IMG/VR virus record: IMGVR_UViG_3300025723_000013
DNA from: a virus
Lineage: Duplodnaviria; Caudoviricetes
Strand: one strand, 5' to 3'
DNA length: 64,000 bases
Position numbers and translations under genes: made by a program. Shown one piece after another: positions 9,826 through 20,300 of the stretch (position 1 is its first letter; each line of letters begins with the position of its first letter). A model generated the notes under the pieces. It saw nothing but the letters and a program-made list of their open reading frames with translations, did not search any database and was not told the origin of the DNA.

Positions 9826-10283
9826 TTGTTGTTGCTCACTGTGTTGGTAGCTGCTTCGTTTAATATGTTGATTGCTTCAGGATCAACAGTGCAGTCCTTA
9901 TCTATTGTGGGTTCAGCTGTTTGTATCTGAGTTTTAATCACAGTTTGAACATCATGCACCACCTGCGTTTCTTTATCAACCTGGGTAACTATTTGAACGT
10001 TGACGTGATTGCTTTTTTCTACTGCGTCTGCTATTTTGATTTTGAGATCGGCAATTTCATTTTTTATTATAGATTGCGAATAACTGAATCCTTCTAGATA
10101 TGAGCCCGAAAGCAACAATATCATGCTTAATAGTCCCAAAGCTAGTCCATAATTGGCAATGGGCGGAATTCTTTTAGCCACTATTCCTAAAACAAATAAT
10201 ACAACGCCGGATATCATAACACCGTGCGTAATAAACTGAAATATCCCGGGTGGAATGATGCCTAGCACATCCATGATCCACAT
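9822..10283 (-). CDS. i-spanin (Rz-like)
   Basis: N-terminal TM helices, coiled coil, C-terminal DKDCTVDPEAINILNEAA. Confidence 0.75.
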   Translation of the reverse strand: MWIMDVLGIIPPGIFQFITHGVMISGVVLFVLGIVAKRIPPIANYGLALGLLSMILLLSGSYLEGFSYSQSIIKNEIADLKIKIADAVEKSNHVNVQIVTQVDKETQVVHDVQTVIKTQIQTAEPTIDKDCTVDPEAINILNEAATNTVSNNK

Positions 10284-10285
10284 GT

Positions 10286-11209
10286 TTAACTACCTCTGCT
10301 TACTATAATCGCCTTGATTCCATTCTTTATTAAAAATTTATTGTTAATTTTATAGATATCTGTATTGCCCAGATATTTCTCTAAAAATAAAATTTCACTA
10401 TTTGAAGTTTCGTCCAGTTGTATTGCACCAGGCAGCTGATTTATCACATCTGTATAAAAACCCAATGATTCCAATTTGAGATTGAGAGATCCTGCAAATG
10501 GTTTGGTCAAGATCAAATTGTTGCTCTCGTCAATGTCCGCCACTTTGACGGTGCCTTGATTAAGAATATCTCCAACTTCGGTCATCTTTTTTTCTTTGAT
10601 TCTAAGTTTATAGGAATCTTGATCCAATGGAACAAATTTCTTAATTGATTCTTTTGAAAATTGATGACTGTCGATGTCCTTGAAATAGGTAAAACGCCAG
10701 TTATCAAAGTCACACAATTGTGATAAATCCTTGAGTATTTCATCCAACTCATCGGGCACGCGGCGATTACGTTCCAGTTCTACAAATACAGAATATTGCC
10801 CGTCGTTTTCCTCTCCGGTGCTCATGGCCGAATCCAACACAAATAGATAACCTTTCTCAATAAACTCCATTAAGTCAGTGGCAGGAAATTTATCTTTGAC
10901 CTTGAACGCAATAACCATGATATCTTCGTCATTGCCCATTTTGCTTTTGTATTGATCAATGGTGAATCTATTAGATACCATGTCTTTGAGATCATGGGAT
11001 CTTAAACCTTCGTATAGTCTGCCTTCTTTGACTTTTTTAGGAGCATGATCATACGGGTTATATCCTTTATTGGTGTCTTGAGCAGAATCTTTATTTTTTT
11101 TACCTAATACTTTATCAGCAACTGACAGCTGATCCGGAGTCAAGGTTTTATCCTTACGCAGCATCATTGCTGCCTCGCGTTCATTTCTAGGATTCTTAGG
11201 TTGGCGCAT
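10286..11209 (-). CDS. Conserved hypothetical phage protein with basic N-terminal extension
   Basis: 307 aa ORF; core begins LYEGLRSHDL...IDQYKSKMG. Confidence 0.8.
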   Translation of the reverse strand: MRQPKNPRNEREAAMMLRKDKTLTPDQLSVADKVLGKKNKDSAQDTNKGYNPYDHAPKKVKEGRLYEGLRSHDLKDMVSNRFTIDQYKSKMGNDEDIMVIAFKVKDKFPATDLMEFIEKGYLFVLDSAMSTGEENDGQYSVFVELERNRRVPDELDEILKDLSQLCDFDNWRFTYFKDIDSHQFSKESIKKFVPLDQDSYKLRIKEKKMTEVGDILNQGTVKVADIDESNNLILTKPFAGSLNLKLESLGFYTDVINQLPGAIQLDETSNSEILFLEKYLGNTDIYKINNKFLIKNGIKAIIVSRGS

Positions 11210-11717
11210 TGGGTTCAGTCTCTGGAGTTATCTGAGCAGGAGTCATTTCACCTGCTTCTTTTTCAAATCTCATTAGATCAGCTATACGTATGTTGTCTCT
11301 TTCTTCATATCCGTTGTAGATATCTTGCATTAACTTTTTAGGCATTTCGATAGTGACCACCCAGACAGGGTGCGCATCAATCTTGCCTTTTTTAGTGCCT
11401 GGTCTGAAATCGCTGGGTTTGTGAACCTTGCGGGGAATCATGATGTGAGTTTTATCATATTTGATATTGCAACCATAGTCGTCCAATCTTTTAGCAGCAG
11501 CTGGATCAGGCATGTGTTTGTAAGGCCACATAAATTTGCAGGTGACAAAATATCTGCCTACATCGGGTCCTGCTAGCAATTCTCCATCGATCCAATTTTT
11601 ATATACATAGATATCTAACTCGTCGATAACTCGTTCAAAATCTTTTAGTATTTTAAACGCCGAATCGTCTACAGTCAGTGTTTGTAGGTTTTTAATAATG
11701 TCAACAATGTCGTGCAT
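11196..11717 (-). CDS. Conserved hypothetical phage protein (late)
   Basis: 173 aa ORF, SD GAGAAGAG, TATAAATA upstream. Confidence 0.8.
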   Translation of the reverse strand: MHDIVDIIKNLQTLTVDDSAFKILKDFERVIDELDIYVYKNWIDGELLAGPDVGRYFVTCKFMWPYKHMPDPAAAKRLDDYGCNIKYDKTHIMIPRKVHKPSDFRPGTKKGKIDAHPVWVVTIEMPKKLMQDIYNGYEERDNIRIADLMRFEKEAGEMTPAQITPETEPNAPT

Positions 11718-11736
11718 GATGGTTCTCTTCTCAATA

Positions 11737-11744
11737 TATTTATA
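11737..11744 (-). promoter_or_regulatory. T4-type late promoter
   Basis: Exact TATAAATA; exact copies also at 17352-17359 and 58394-58401; TAAATA cores upstream of many structural and lysis genes. Confidence 0.8.
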
Positions 11745-11836
11745 CGATCCAAAATAAAGGCATTTGAATAGCTTTTTAAGATTAGTACTTAAATATTTGG
11801 CAGGTGTAGTAATTATTGTTCCATAAGGAGTATAAT

Positions 11837-12589
11837 TTGCCTAGAACAAGAAGAAGAGACCGTGCAAATCGACAGGAACACGATCCAAGATTTGCTCAAG
11901 AAAGTAGAAGTTTATTAGAATTTAAACCAAAATCTCGTAAAAATGCACAAGTAAACATCGTCCCCCGCAATTTAAGCCAGGAAAAATACCTAGATTTACT
12001 AAAAAATCCCAAAAAATATATTATTTTTGCTGTTGGACCGGCAGGCACTGGTAAAACCATGCTTGGAGTTCAAATGGCAATTAAGATGTATAAAGAAGGA
12101 ATGATTAGCAAAATAGTTATCACACGTCCTGCCGTCAGTGTTGATGAAGAACATGGATTTTTGCCTGGTGACTTAAATCAAAAGATGGCACCGTGGACTC
12201 GTCCAATAATGGATGTGTTTGAGGAATACTACCATCCTCGAGAAATTAAAGATATGTTAGATGACGGAGTTATTGAAATCAGTCCTCTCGCTTACATGAG
12301 AGGAAGGAATTTCAAAAATTCTTTCATTGTGGCAGATGAAATGCAAAATGCTACACCTAGTCAAATGAAAATGTTGTTAACTAGATTGGCAGAAGGCAGC
12401 AGAATGGTGGTTACAGGAGACTTAAATCAAGCAGATCGACCTAGAGAAAATGGACTTCTTGATTTTGTCACACTTTACGAAGCATTTAAAAACAATCGTC
12501 TGATAGATATGATCTGGTTTGAGGCCAGAGATATCGAAAGACATCCGGTAGTCAAGGAAGTTTTATCGATTTATAAAGAAACAGAATAA
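11837..12589 (+). CDS. phoH: PhoH-family ATPase
   Basis: GPAGTGKT, RPAV, GFLPGD, YMRGR, DEMQN, GDLNQAD; TTG start 6 nt after AAGGAG. Confidence 0.95.
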   Translation: MPRTRRRDRANRQEHDPRFAQESRSLLEFKPKSRKNAQVNIVPRNLSQEKYLDLLKNPKKYIIFAVGPAGTGKTMLGVQMAIKMYKEGMISKIVITRPAVSVDEEHGFLPGDLNQKMAPWTRPIMDVFEEYYHPREIKDMLDDGVIEISPLAYMRGRNFKNSFIVADEMQNATPSQMKMLLTRLAEGSRMVVTGDLNQADRPRENGLLDFVTLYEAFKNNRLIDMIWFEARDIERHPVVKEVLSIYKETE

Positions 12590-12594
12590 AAAAC

Positions 12595-12634
12595 AAGCGG
12601 TGCAGGATTCACCTGCGCCCAAGCTGCACCGCTT
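12595..12634. terminator. Hairpin between convergent phoH and clamp loader (probable bidirectional terminator)
   Basis: Perfect 11-bp inverted repeat AAGCGGTGCAG/CTGCACCGCTT flanked by A- and T-tracts. Confidence 0.7.
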
Positions 12635-13556
12635 ATTTTTGAAGTCTGGCTAATTTTACGCAAACCGCAGCAAGATTGATTTCTGGATCAGCTATGATGG
12701 CGTGATCCACTAGTCCTTGTTTAATGATCAACAAAGCACTATCTTTGGTATCATCATCATCGCCGAACAAATCCAAATTATCATACATCCAGCGATATAT
12801 ATCTTCAATTTCTTCCGGCCGTGCCTGACTACAGAGCAATATCCTTGCATTTAAGATATCACGCTTTTTAAACAATTCAACCATTTGTATTCGATAGTCG
12901 GATCCACTGGCATCTGACATGACTGGAGGAACCAATTTTCCTTCAGATGTATTTTGTTGTACCGTGTTGATACACTTGCGTAAATCTGGATAAGTGACCT
13001 TGACGTAGGTGTCTAAATCATCAAGATCAAAATCAATGTTTTCTGATACCAAAATAGTGGCCACTCGGGCAGTGAACTCAATCTGATCTGTCTTGTCAAC
13101 ATGAAAAGTTTGGCATCGACTGTGTATGGCCGGCATGATCCTGTTAGGAAGATTACAGGTCAAGATAAATCTCGCAGTTTCGTGATACTGTTCCATCACT
13201 CCTCTAAGTGCAGCCTGCGCGTTGTGTGTCAAGTAATCTGCTTCGTCAAGTAGCACAACCTTGAATGGTCCAAACGGAATCATGCTGACAAAATTTGTAA
13301 TAAGATCTCTAACTTCTTCCACTCCGTTGGTTCTACTGGCATTGATTTCCAACAAATCGTAGGGTTCAATTCCAATCTCGTTCAGCAACACTTTGGCCAG
13401 AGTGGTCTTGCCGATGCCAGGACTGCCACTCAGTAGCAAATGCGGAATGGATTTTTCATCAATCCATTGGGTAATTTGCCGACGTTGCTGCTCGTCACGG
13501 AATACGTATCCGTCTATGCTGGCTGGTCGATAGGCCTCAACCCATAATTTCTTCAT
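12633..13556 (-). CDS. Sliding clamp loader ATPase subunit (T4 gp44/RFC-small-like)
   Basis: WVEAYRP, GSPGIGKT, EINAS, LDEADYLT..AQAALR, SRC motif. Confidence 0.93.
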   Translation of the reverse strand: MKKLWVEAYRPASIDGYVFRDEQQRRQITQWIDEKSIPHLLLSGSPGIGKTTLAKVLLNEIGIEPYDLLEINASRTNGVEEVRDLITNFVSMIPFGPFKVVLLDEADYLTHNAQAALRGVMEQYHETARFILTCNLPNRIMPAIHSRCQTFHVDKTDQIEFTARVATILVSENIDFDLDDLDTYVKVTYPDLRKCINTVQQNTSEGKLVPPVMSDASGSDYRIQMVELFKKRDILNARILLCSQARPEEIEDIYRWMYDNLDLFGDDDDTKDSALLIIKQGLVDHAIIADPEINLAAVCVKLARLQK

Positions 13557-13594
13557 ATTTTAACCTTTTTTTTTTGATTTAACACTAGTACTAC

Positions 13595-13624
13595 ATTATA
13601 GCATTGATTCAAACATGCAGTCAA
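13595..13624 (-). promoter_or_regulatory. sigma70 promoter for clamp loader
   Basis: TTGACT-18-TATAAT with TGn extended -10. Confidence 0.7.
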
Positions 13625-13664
13625 TTTTGAATAGTTTACACAATCACCGTATAAATTACTTGAT

Positions 13665-13898
13665 TCAAGGTGGATCGTTTTTTAATATATTGATAATGCG
13701 CTGTTGTTCTTTGAACTTGAGCCACTCGTCCTCGTCCTCAAACTTGGGAATCTTTTTTAACTTATCTTCAATAAGCCACTTTAGAATGTACAAATCCTGT
13801 TTTGATCCCCATCCATAACACTGATTGTGTGTTTTTGCAGTTCTAGCTATATCCTCGATCGCGCTTATGATCGTTGAAATGTCTGGAATAGGATGCAT
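13665..13898 (-). CDS. Hypothetical protein
   Basis: 77 aa ORF in operon context. Confidence 0.7.
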   Translation of the reverse strand: MHPIPDISTIISAIEDIARTAKTHNQCYGWGSKQDLYILKWLIEDKLKKIPKFEDEDEWLKFKEQQRIINILKNDPP

Positions 13899-13907
13899 AC
13901 AGGATTG

Positions 13908-14276
13908 TTAGTTTTTTGACATATAAGGCTTGAGATCAGGAGGTGTCCATCCTAGGGGTTTTAATACTTTACCATCTTCACGCTTGCGCACCTTGCCAGT
14001 CTCGCGATCAATTTTGGCAAAATTGGTAGACATCACTTCCTTCCATGCGCCTTCGGCATCTGCTCCCATACTATGGATAGCACCGATTGTAACAACCAAG
14101 ATGTCGATCAATGCATCCAGCTGTTCCACATTATCTTTATTTTTTACCGCTGCTTGCAGTTCTTGTGTTTCTTCATTGATTAAATTTAAGTAAAGCTCAT
14201 ATTGATCGGCATTTAATCGATCTACTGTTTGATCACATGATTTCATAAATTTAGATTGATCTCGAAAAGGATTCAT
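13908..14276 (-). CDS. MazG-like NTP pyrophosphohydrolase
   Basis: LINEETQEL...EQLDALIDILVV...EVMSTNFAK...REDGKVLKP. Confidence 0.85.
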   Translation of the reverse strand: MNPFRDQSKFMKSCDQTVDRLNADQYELYLNLINEETQELQAAVKNKDNVEQLDALIDILVVTIGAIHSMGADAEGAWKEVMSTNFAKIDRETGKVRKREDGKVLKPLGWTPPDLKPYMSKN

Positions 14277-14659
14277 TAGGCACCTGGAATGTTAAAGTTG
14301 AAGTTTGAGCCGGGACCAACCGGAGTTGCTCTCATAGCACCGTCTGGTTTTTCATCGCTTACCAATAGAATAGCATCTTTGTCAGCGATTCGTATGGCAA
14401 GTTCTTGGCCATCGGGCGAAACATAATCAATACCACGACTCCAACGACCGTGTTCTAGTAAAATCCAGTCTCCTGGTTTGATATGTTTCTGATCTTTGCC
14501 TACCGCGTATACCCGAGCCCATCTGGGATGTATTCCTTCGCTTTTACCATCGTCTGATCGCAATAGGATTCCGCCGGCAGTTTTTTCCATGCCAAATTCC
14601 ATATCACAAACAATAATTTTATCACCTAACGGATGAAATTCACCTGTTATTTTGTTCAT
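14276..14659 (-). CDS. groES: Co-chaperonin GroES (gp31 analogue)
   Basis: PLGDKIIV, TAGGILL, VYAVG, IKPGDWIL. Confidence 0.88.
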   Translation of the reverse strand: MNKITGEFHPLGDKIIVCDMEFGMEKTAGGILLRSDDGKSEGIHPRWARVYAVGKDQKHIKPGDWILLEHGRWSRGIDYVSPDGQELAIRIADKDAILLVSDEKPDGAMRATPVGPGSNFNFNIPGA

Positions 14660-14982
14660 GACTTTTTCTTAACCTCGATCCTGGAATCATGAGATACAGG
14701 TTCTGGCACTTTATTTGTCATAGAAGACACTGTATTTTCCACGGAGTCATTTACTGGAGTGGCAGTTTCAGTGTGCGCTGAGTAATTAGATGATTTAGCA
14801 GGACCTTGGTAATATTCCGCGGCTGTTTCTTCTCTTTTCTTGGCTATTTTACCGCCCGGTCCTAATAAATCCCCGCGAGCATTCATTTTAACATTTCCTA
14901 CGGCTAAAACTAACTCGTTTTTAGTTTTTAAAGCCTCCATATCAATAGTTTTTCCTCGAGCGGTCTCATACTGTTTCTTCAT
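14656..14982 (-). CDS. Hypothetical protein
   Basis: 108 aa ORF (YETARGKTIDM...GNVKMNARGD). Confidence 0.75.
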   Translation of the reverse strand: MKKQYETARGKTIDMEALKTKNELVLAVGNVKMNARGDLLGPGGKIAKKREETAAEYYQGPAKSSNYSAHTETATPVNDSVENTVSSMTNKVPEPVSHDSRIEVKKKS

Positions 14983-15512
14983 TGTTTTTCTCCTTTAAGG
15001 AATTCTCGTATATCTAACGAAAATTTTATTGAATTGATTTTGTGTACTCCGATTAGATACAAACAATAGCTGGCAACTGAACTACCTCGGCCTAATCCCC
15101 AAACTATGTTATTTGATCTCATAAAATCTACCAAGTATTTAAGGCAAACCAAAATGTTGATCATTTCATATTGAACAAACAATTGTAATTCGTCTAGAAC
15201 TCTGTCGGTCTCGATTTGTGTTCGACACTGTGATAATAACCAACTGGAAATGTCAAAATCTTTATATGTGTCAGGAATGTACCATTCTGCTTGATTGTGT
15301 TTATCAAATTGTTGTATGCTGCAATCGGGCTCCGCATATAAAGACAACTTGTCTATATTGTCAGCATTGGATTCCACATGTTGATTAAATTGGGAAACTA
15401 GCGTTTGATCTGTTACATTTATATTTTTGAAAGATGTTATCTTTCCGGCATACAGTGCTTCAAAAATATCTTTACTGTCTAGTACAGTTTCACCAAATTT
15501 GTTTACTATCAT
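14979..15512 (-). CDS. Stand-alone fragment of DNA polymerase III alpha (DnaE) NTPase region, lacking catalytic DxD
   Basis: DRVLDELQL...WGLGRGSSVASYCLYLIGVHKI...DIREFL then stop. Confidence 0.75.
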   Translation of the reverse strand: MIVNKFGETVLDSKDIFEALYAGKITSFKNINVTDQTLVSQFNQHVESNADNIDKLSLYAEPDCSIQQFDKHNQAEWYIPDTYKDFDISSWLLSQCRTQIETDRVLDELQLFVQYEMINILVCLKYLVDFMRSNNIVWGLGRGSSVASYCLYLIGVHKINSIKFSLDIREFLKGEKQ

Positions 15513-16056
15513 CTCGCCCACCTTTTAGCAGTTTAGGGGAGAATTTGTTTGCACCGGGTATGTTGAGATCCTCCCAACTGGGAAAATAGTCGCAATCATT
15601 GGTTCGCACATTGTCTTGATTCCACCATTTCGAAGAATCTGAAATTTCTGTTTGTGTTTCATTTATCTTATATAATAAACGATCGCCCAGTGTACTGTCA
15701 ATAGTCAGCTGGTATATTGAAAAATAGTTTGACGAAATTGAATTGAGTTTTTGAAATAGAATTGATCCAAACAGATAATCATTGGGTTCTTCTGGAATCT
15801 GTATGGTGTTGGTTTTGAGTTTGATCAATTGCGTAAGGAATTTGTGATTTTGATTAAGTATGATGGAATTTTGTATAAATCTATTTACAAATTCTTTTAT
15901 TTTCTTTAGTCCGACCGAGGTTAACCCATTTTCAAACTTGTTTGGCATCATGCTAATGGTCAAATGATAGTCATTGGGTAAGATTGTGTCATCAATCAAC
16001 AGCACGCATGTGAAATTGGTTGGCCATGTGAAATGATCCGTGGTATCAATTGACAT
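15490..16056 (-). CDS. Hypothetical protein
   Basis: 188 aa ORF overlapping neighbours. Confidence 0.75.
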   Translation of the reverse strand: MSIDTTDHFTWPTNFTCVLLIDDTILPNDYHLTISMMPNKFENGLTSVGLKKIKEFVNRFIQNSIILNQNHKFLTQLIKLKTNTIQIPEEPNDYLFGSILFQKLNSISSNYFSIYQLTIDSTLGDRLLYKINETQTEISDSSKWWNQDNVRTNDCDYFPSWEDLNIPGANKFSPKLLKGGRDDSKQIW

Positions 16057-16291
16057 TTATTAAATCATCTAAATCTTTATCTTGATCTCTTACAGTGACT
16101 TTCTTGGATTTTTCATGGGATCTTCGGCGCTGTTCGTCTTTGTATTGCTCCAAAGTCATGGCTATTTGGCTGCATAATCCTCCGTTACCGGAACGCGCTG
16201 CCATAAAATATTTGTTTGACAGTTCATTGATTTTGGCCTCAATGTCAGCATCTTTGACTTCATTTAGACTGGGTAATAATGGATGGAACAT
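16046..16291 (-). CDS. Hypothetical protein
   Basis: 81 aa ORF (MFHPL...L..K..EL..KYF.A). Confidence 0.75.
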   Translation of the reverse strand: MFHPLLPSLNEVKDADIEAKINELSNKYFMAARSGNGGLCSQIAMTLEQYKDEQRRRSHEKSKKVTVRDQDKDLDDLINVN

Positions 16292-16294
16292 GTT

Positions 16295-17332
16295 TTATAC
16301 CAAACTGTAGCTAATGACAGCCCCGCCGTATAGTCCAGAGGTACCGGTAAATGCTCCTCTCTGATTTATGGACGGGTACAATCTAATATTGCCTGCGGTT
16401 GCACCTGCGCTATTGCTCGGCCCGTACACAAACATTTCGCCCAAGACCACGGTTCCACTGTTGAGGCAAGTGACCACAGCACTTTCTGTAGCACCAAATC
16501 CTCCTACCAATGTGGCCGCGGGCCAAAGATAGCTAGGAAGACCGGTATATTCAATATAATTGTTGGTATCGGTAGTATCCCAGGTTCCGTACAAGGCTTT
16601 GAAATCGATGGTTACAATATTATTTACCACGGACCATACTATGCCCCCTGAACCAGAGATAATTCCAGTTAAGCCAGAAACCACAGTGAGTCCATTAACT
16701 CCCAAGTTGATTCCTGAAGATACCGAAGTATTGGCCACATTGACTGAGCCATAATTTAGGCCCACTGTGGAAACAAATACATTGGCTCCACCGTCGGAAC
16801 TGAACAAATCCCATGCGATAGTGGCAGTGGAAGTGCTGCTGTAGGAAATTGGTGAAATGTCATTTCGTATGGTTCCGGGAGGAGAGCTTTGGCTTGCATC
16901 AAATGATATCATGGTACCTGTATTTTTGGGTGAAACCAAAATCCTCAAGGCACCGTAATTGCCTGCAGGAGGCCAATTGGAAACCGACAGCAATGTATCT
17001 TTGCTTACTGATAATTGTTGTAATGATCCTGCAGTGTAGTCAACAACGGTTACTCCGTTGTTGGTAGATGTGGATGCACTGTTGTTTGCCACCAATGCAC
17101 TGTTCTGCAGTACAACTCCGTTAAGGGTGACGTTAAAGTTATAGTTGGGATTGGGATTGTTAATGGGATCTATACTGTATAACTGTAGGTTTGAAATTTC
17201 ATTGGCAGCAACACCAAATGCATTTTGTATGCTGGCAGAGTTGGTCCTAAAAGTTTTACTGTCATTGTCAGCACCTGCTACTGGAAATGCTGTATTAATT
17301 TGATTGCTGTAATTGGTTATTGTGCTGGCCAT
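16295..17332 (-). CDS. Virion structural (tail/baseplate-associated) protein
   Basis: N-terminal FPVAGADNDS..FR.N...I......EI..LQ motif of fibre-anchoring proteins; TATAAATA at 17352. Confidence 0.7.
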   Translation of the reverse strand: MASTITNYSNQINTAFPVAGADNDSKTFRTNSASIQNAFGVAANEISNLQLYSIDPINNPNPNYNFNVTLNGVVLQNSALVANNSASTSTNNGVTVVDYTAGSLQQLSVSKDTLLSVSNWPPAGNYGALRILVSPKNTGTMISFDASQSSPPGTIRNDISPISYSSTSTATIAWDLFSSDGGANVFVSTVGLNYGSVNVANTSVSSGINLGVNGLTVVSGLTGIISGSGGIVWSVVNNIVTIDFKALYGTWDTTDTNNYIEYTGLPSYLWPAATLVGGFGATESAVVTCLNSGTVVLGEMFVYGPSNSAGATAGNIRLYPSINQRGAFTGTSGLYGGAVISYSLV

Positions 17333-17376
17333 GCTGGTTCTCTCTTTTTCTTATTTATAATTAATATATGCGTACA

Positions 17377-20300
17377 TTAATTTATTGTAAAGGTTGAGGT
17401 AGTTGACGGGTACACTGCTCCTGGGCTGGTCAATGTAATGGCCGCAGTGCCTGCTGATGCCAAATATGTTGATGGTATCACCGCGGTCACCTGTGTAGAA
17501 CTGTTATAGGTGGTAGATAGTGCAACGCCGTTCCAGTTTACAGTTGTGCCAGGTGGACCAGACACGAAAAATTTGCCAGTCACTGTGAGAGTGATATTGG
17601 TACTTCCATGTGCTATATTAGTCGGTGATATGCCAAGCAGTTGCGGCGTTGGTACAGTAGCGGTTGTGTGATTGGTTAACCAGTTGTACACTGCAACGCC
17701 TGCTCCCTGTCCAGGAATATAGTTGCCCGATGCATCATACTGAGTTAGGCCAAAATTTACATTGTAGGCTGGGTTTTGTGGACTTGTCCAATTCCATGCA
17801 ACATATGAAGCATTGTTTTGATCCGCCCATTTGGTCATAAAATCTATATGAGGTTCGCCCTGCGTGGCTTGTGGACCAATAAGTCCTCCATCCTCAGTCA
17901 TGATCACAGGAATGTTGGCTGCTTGTAGTTGTTTGTACCAATAATCAAAATTACTAGTTCCTTGATACGCATCGCCGCCGGTTTTCCCATATATCCAAGA
18001 AGGATCGGCTGTATATGGATAACTCTGAGTTGGAAACCCACCACCGGGATAAGCATGCCATCCATGTGCCAATTGCGGATTAGATGCCACCTGTAAATTG
18101 CCTCCAACTAATATCTTATCGGTTGGGAACCATCCTTTGTAATTTTGAGCTTGTTGGGTAAATGTTGGTCCGTTTATAACACACACATTTTGAGCGCCCG
18201 TGGTTCGAATAGCATCAATAACTTGTTGATATCCTAAAACATTTATTGGAGCTTGAGAAACAACAGTTGCGGCAGTGTCAATGTCATATCCCCATTGGGT
18301 ATTCGCTGGCCAGCTGCCACCGTTAAGCATTAGATTTCTAACAAAAGGTTGATTACTAGAATTGCTATCCAAATATGGTTCATTGAATATTTCAAATATG
18401 ATTCCGTCGTTTTGAATTCCCGGAGCCACAGGAGGAGCCTGTGTGCCAAACGTGTTTGCTATGGATTTCCAAAAATCAAGATCCGTGTCAGCGTTCATGA
18501 AAGCCGATTGACCTATCGGGGTCGCCAACCGTCTCGATGGAGTTCCGGTCACTGGATCAGTCAATGTCAAATATGGAGCGCTCCAATGAATCTCTAGGAT
18601 CACTCGGCATCCCAAGGCCTGTGCTGCTTGAACAGCAGCAATAGTTGCTGCACGAGTAGATCCGTAAAGATCTGCGTTCCTAGAAGGTGCATTTGCCCAT
18701 TGTGTAAAGAAGCCTTGACTGTTCCTAACTGTGGTATCAACATCCCAACATGTTATGCCCAACCAGGAACCTGCGTTCATAGGAATTCTCACTATGCTGC
18801 ATTTCCATTTGGCCAATACTGCGTATCGAGGAACAATGCCCTCCCATATGATTTCATTATTATTTCGAACTGCGTACTGTAATCCGCCCAAATTTACTCC
18901 GCGTAACTGTAGATAGTTATTGTTTGCGTCAACAAATATGCCACCGCTGCTGGCCACTTTTACAGTCAATGATGCTGTTGTTACTGGCTGAGCAACAAAA
19001 GTTTGTATAGGATAAATTTGAGGAATTTGTCCAATGCCATAAGCCCCAACTTGAATATCGACCGAGATAGGCGCGGCATTGGGTACCGAAAGCAAGTGGG
19101 CAGGTATTATTGCTTGTATTTGAGTAGGACTAATTTGCGTGCTAGATAAACTATGGGATTGATCTAGGGTATCGCCCGACCCATTCCAGGTTACACCTCT
19201 ATATGATGGAAATACTGTACCAGGTATGGATTGCAGTGTAACAGTGATGTCCGGAGATCCTACCGCTGCGCTGAGGCGTGACAGATAGTAACTGGAATAA
19301 ACGTTGCCGCTAACTGTAAATGTCAAGGGCAAAGACACTGTAGTGGCGCCCGGGGTAGATACAGTAACAGGAAAACTGCCAGGATTTATCAAATTGGTAG
19401 CAGTTACCGTCGCAGTTAGCCCAGTTGAACTTCCAAAGAATGTGGGCAATGCCACTCCATTCCAATTAATTACCGAATTTGAAGTGAAATTAGTTCCTGT
19501 TACAGTCAGCGTTATAGAGCTTAAAGTGCTAGCAGTCTGAGTAGGCGACATGCTGAGCAATCTTGGGGTGGGCGCTGTGGGGTTGACGTGATTTTTCGTC
19601 CAATTGTAGACAGCTACTCCTGCTCCTTGGATAGGAACAACAGACGGAGGTGATGTGTTAGCAGCAGTTGCGTACTGTGTTAGATAATATTGGCAACTGG
19701 CAATATTGTAATTTTGATTTGCGGTATATTGCGAGGCAATATAAGATACATTATTTTGATCTGACCAGTTTTCCATAAATGTAATATGAGGTTCACCTTG
19801 TGAAGCACTGGTTCCACCTAAGCCTCCGTCCTCGGTAATAAGTACGGGAATTCCTGCATTTAAAATCTGTTGATACCAATGATCCCATCCCTGGCTGGTA
19901 TCATCTGTTCCTGTCTTTCCGTATATGCTACCTGTTATTGTATAAGGGTAGGCCGATTGTGGATTTCCTACTGGATACGCATGCCATCCATGGGCTAGTT
20001 GAGAACCGGAAGTGCCTGTTGATAATGAATCAGTAGGGAACCAGCTTGTGTAATTTTGTGCTGATTGTGTGCGGTAAGCTCCATTAATTATGCATACATT
20101 GTTGGCTCCATTGGCTCGAATGGCATTCACTACCTGTGTGTATCCTAAAATACCAATTGAAGTTGATGAGATTATTGAAATTCCATTATCGACGTCTACA
20201 CCAAATGGTAGATTCGGTGGGAATGATCCACCTTGCAACATCAATGAATATGCTGTGGCTGTGCTAACAGAACCATTGATATCAAGATATGGTTCATTGA

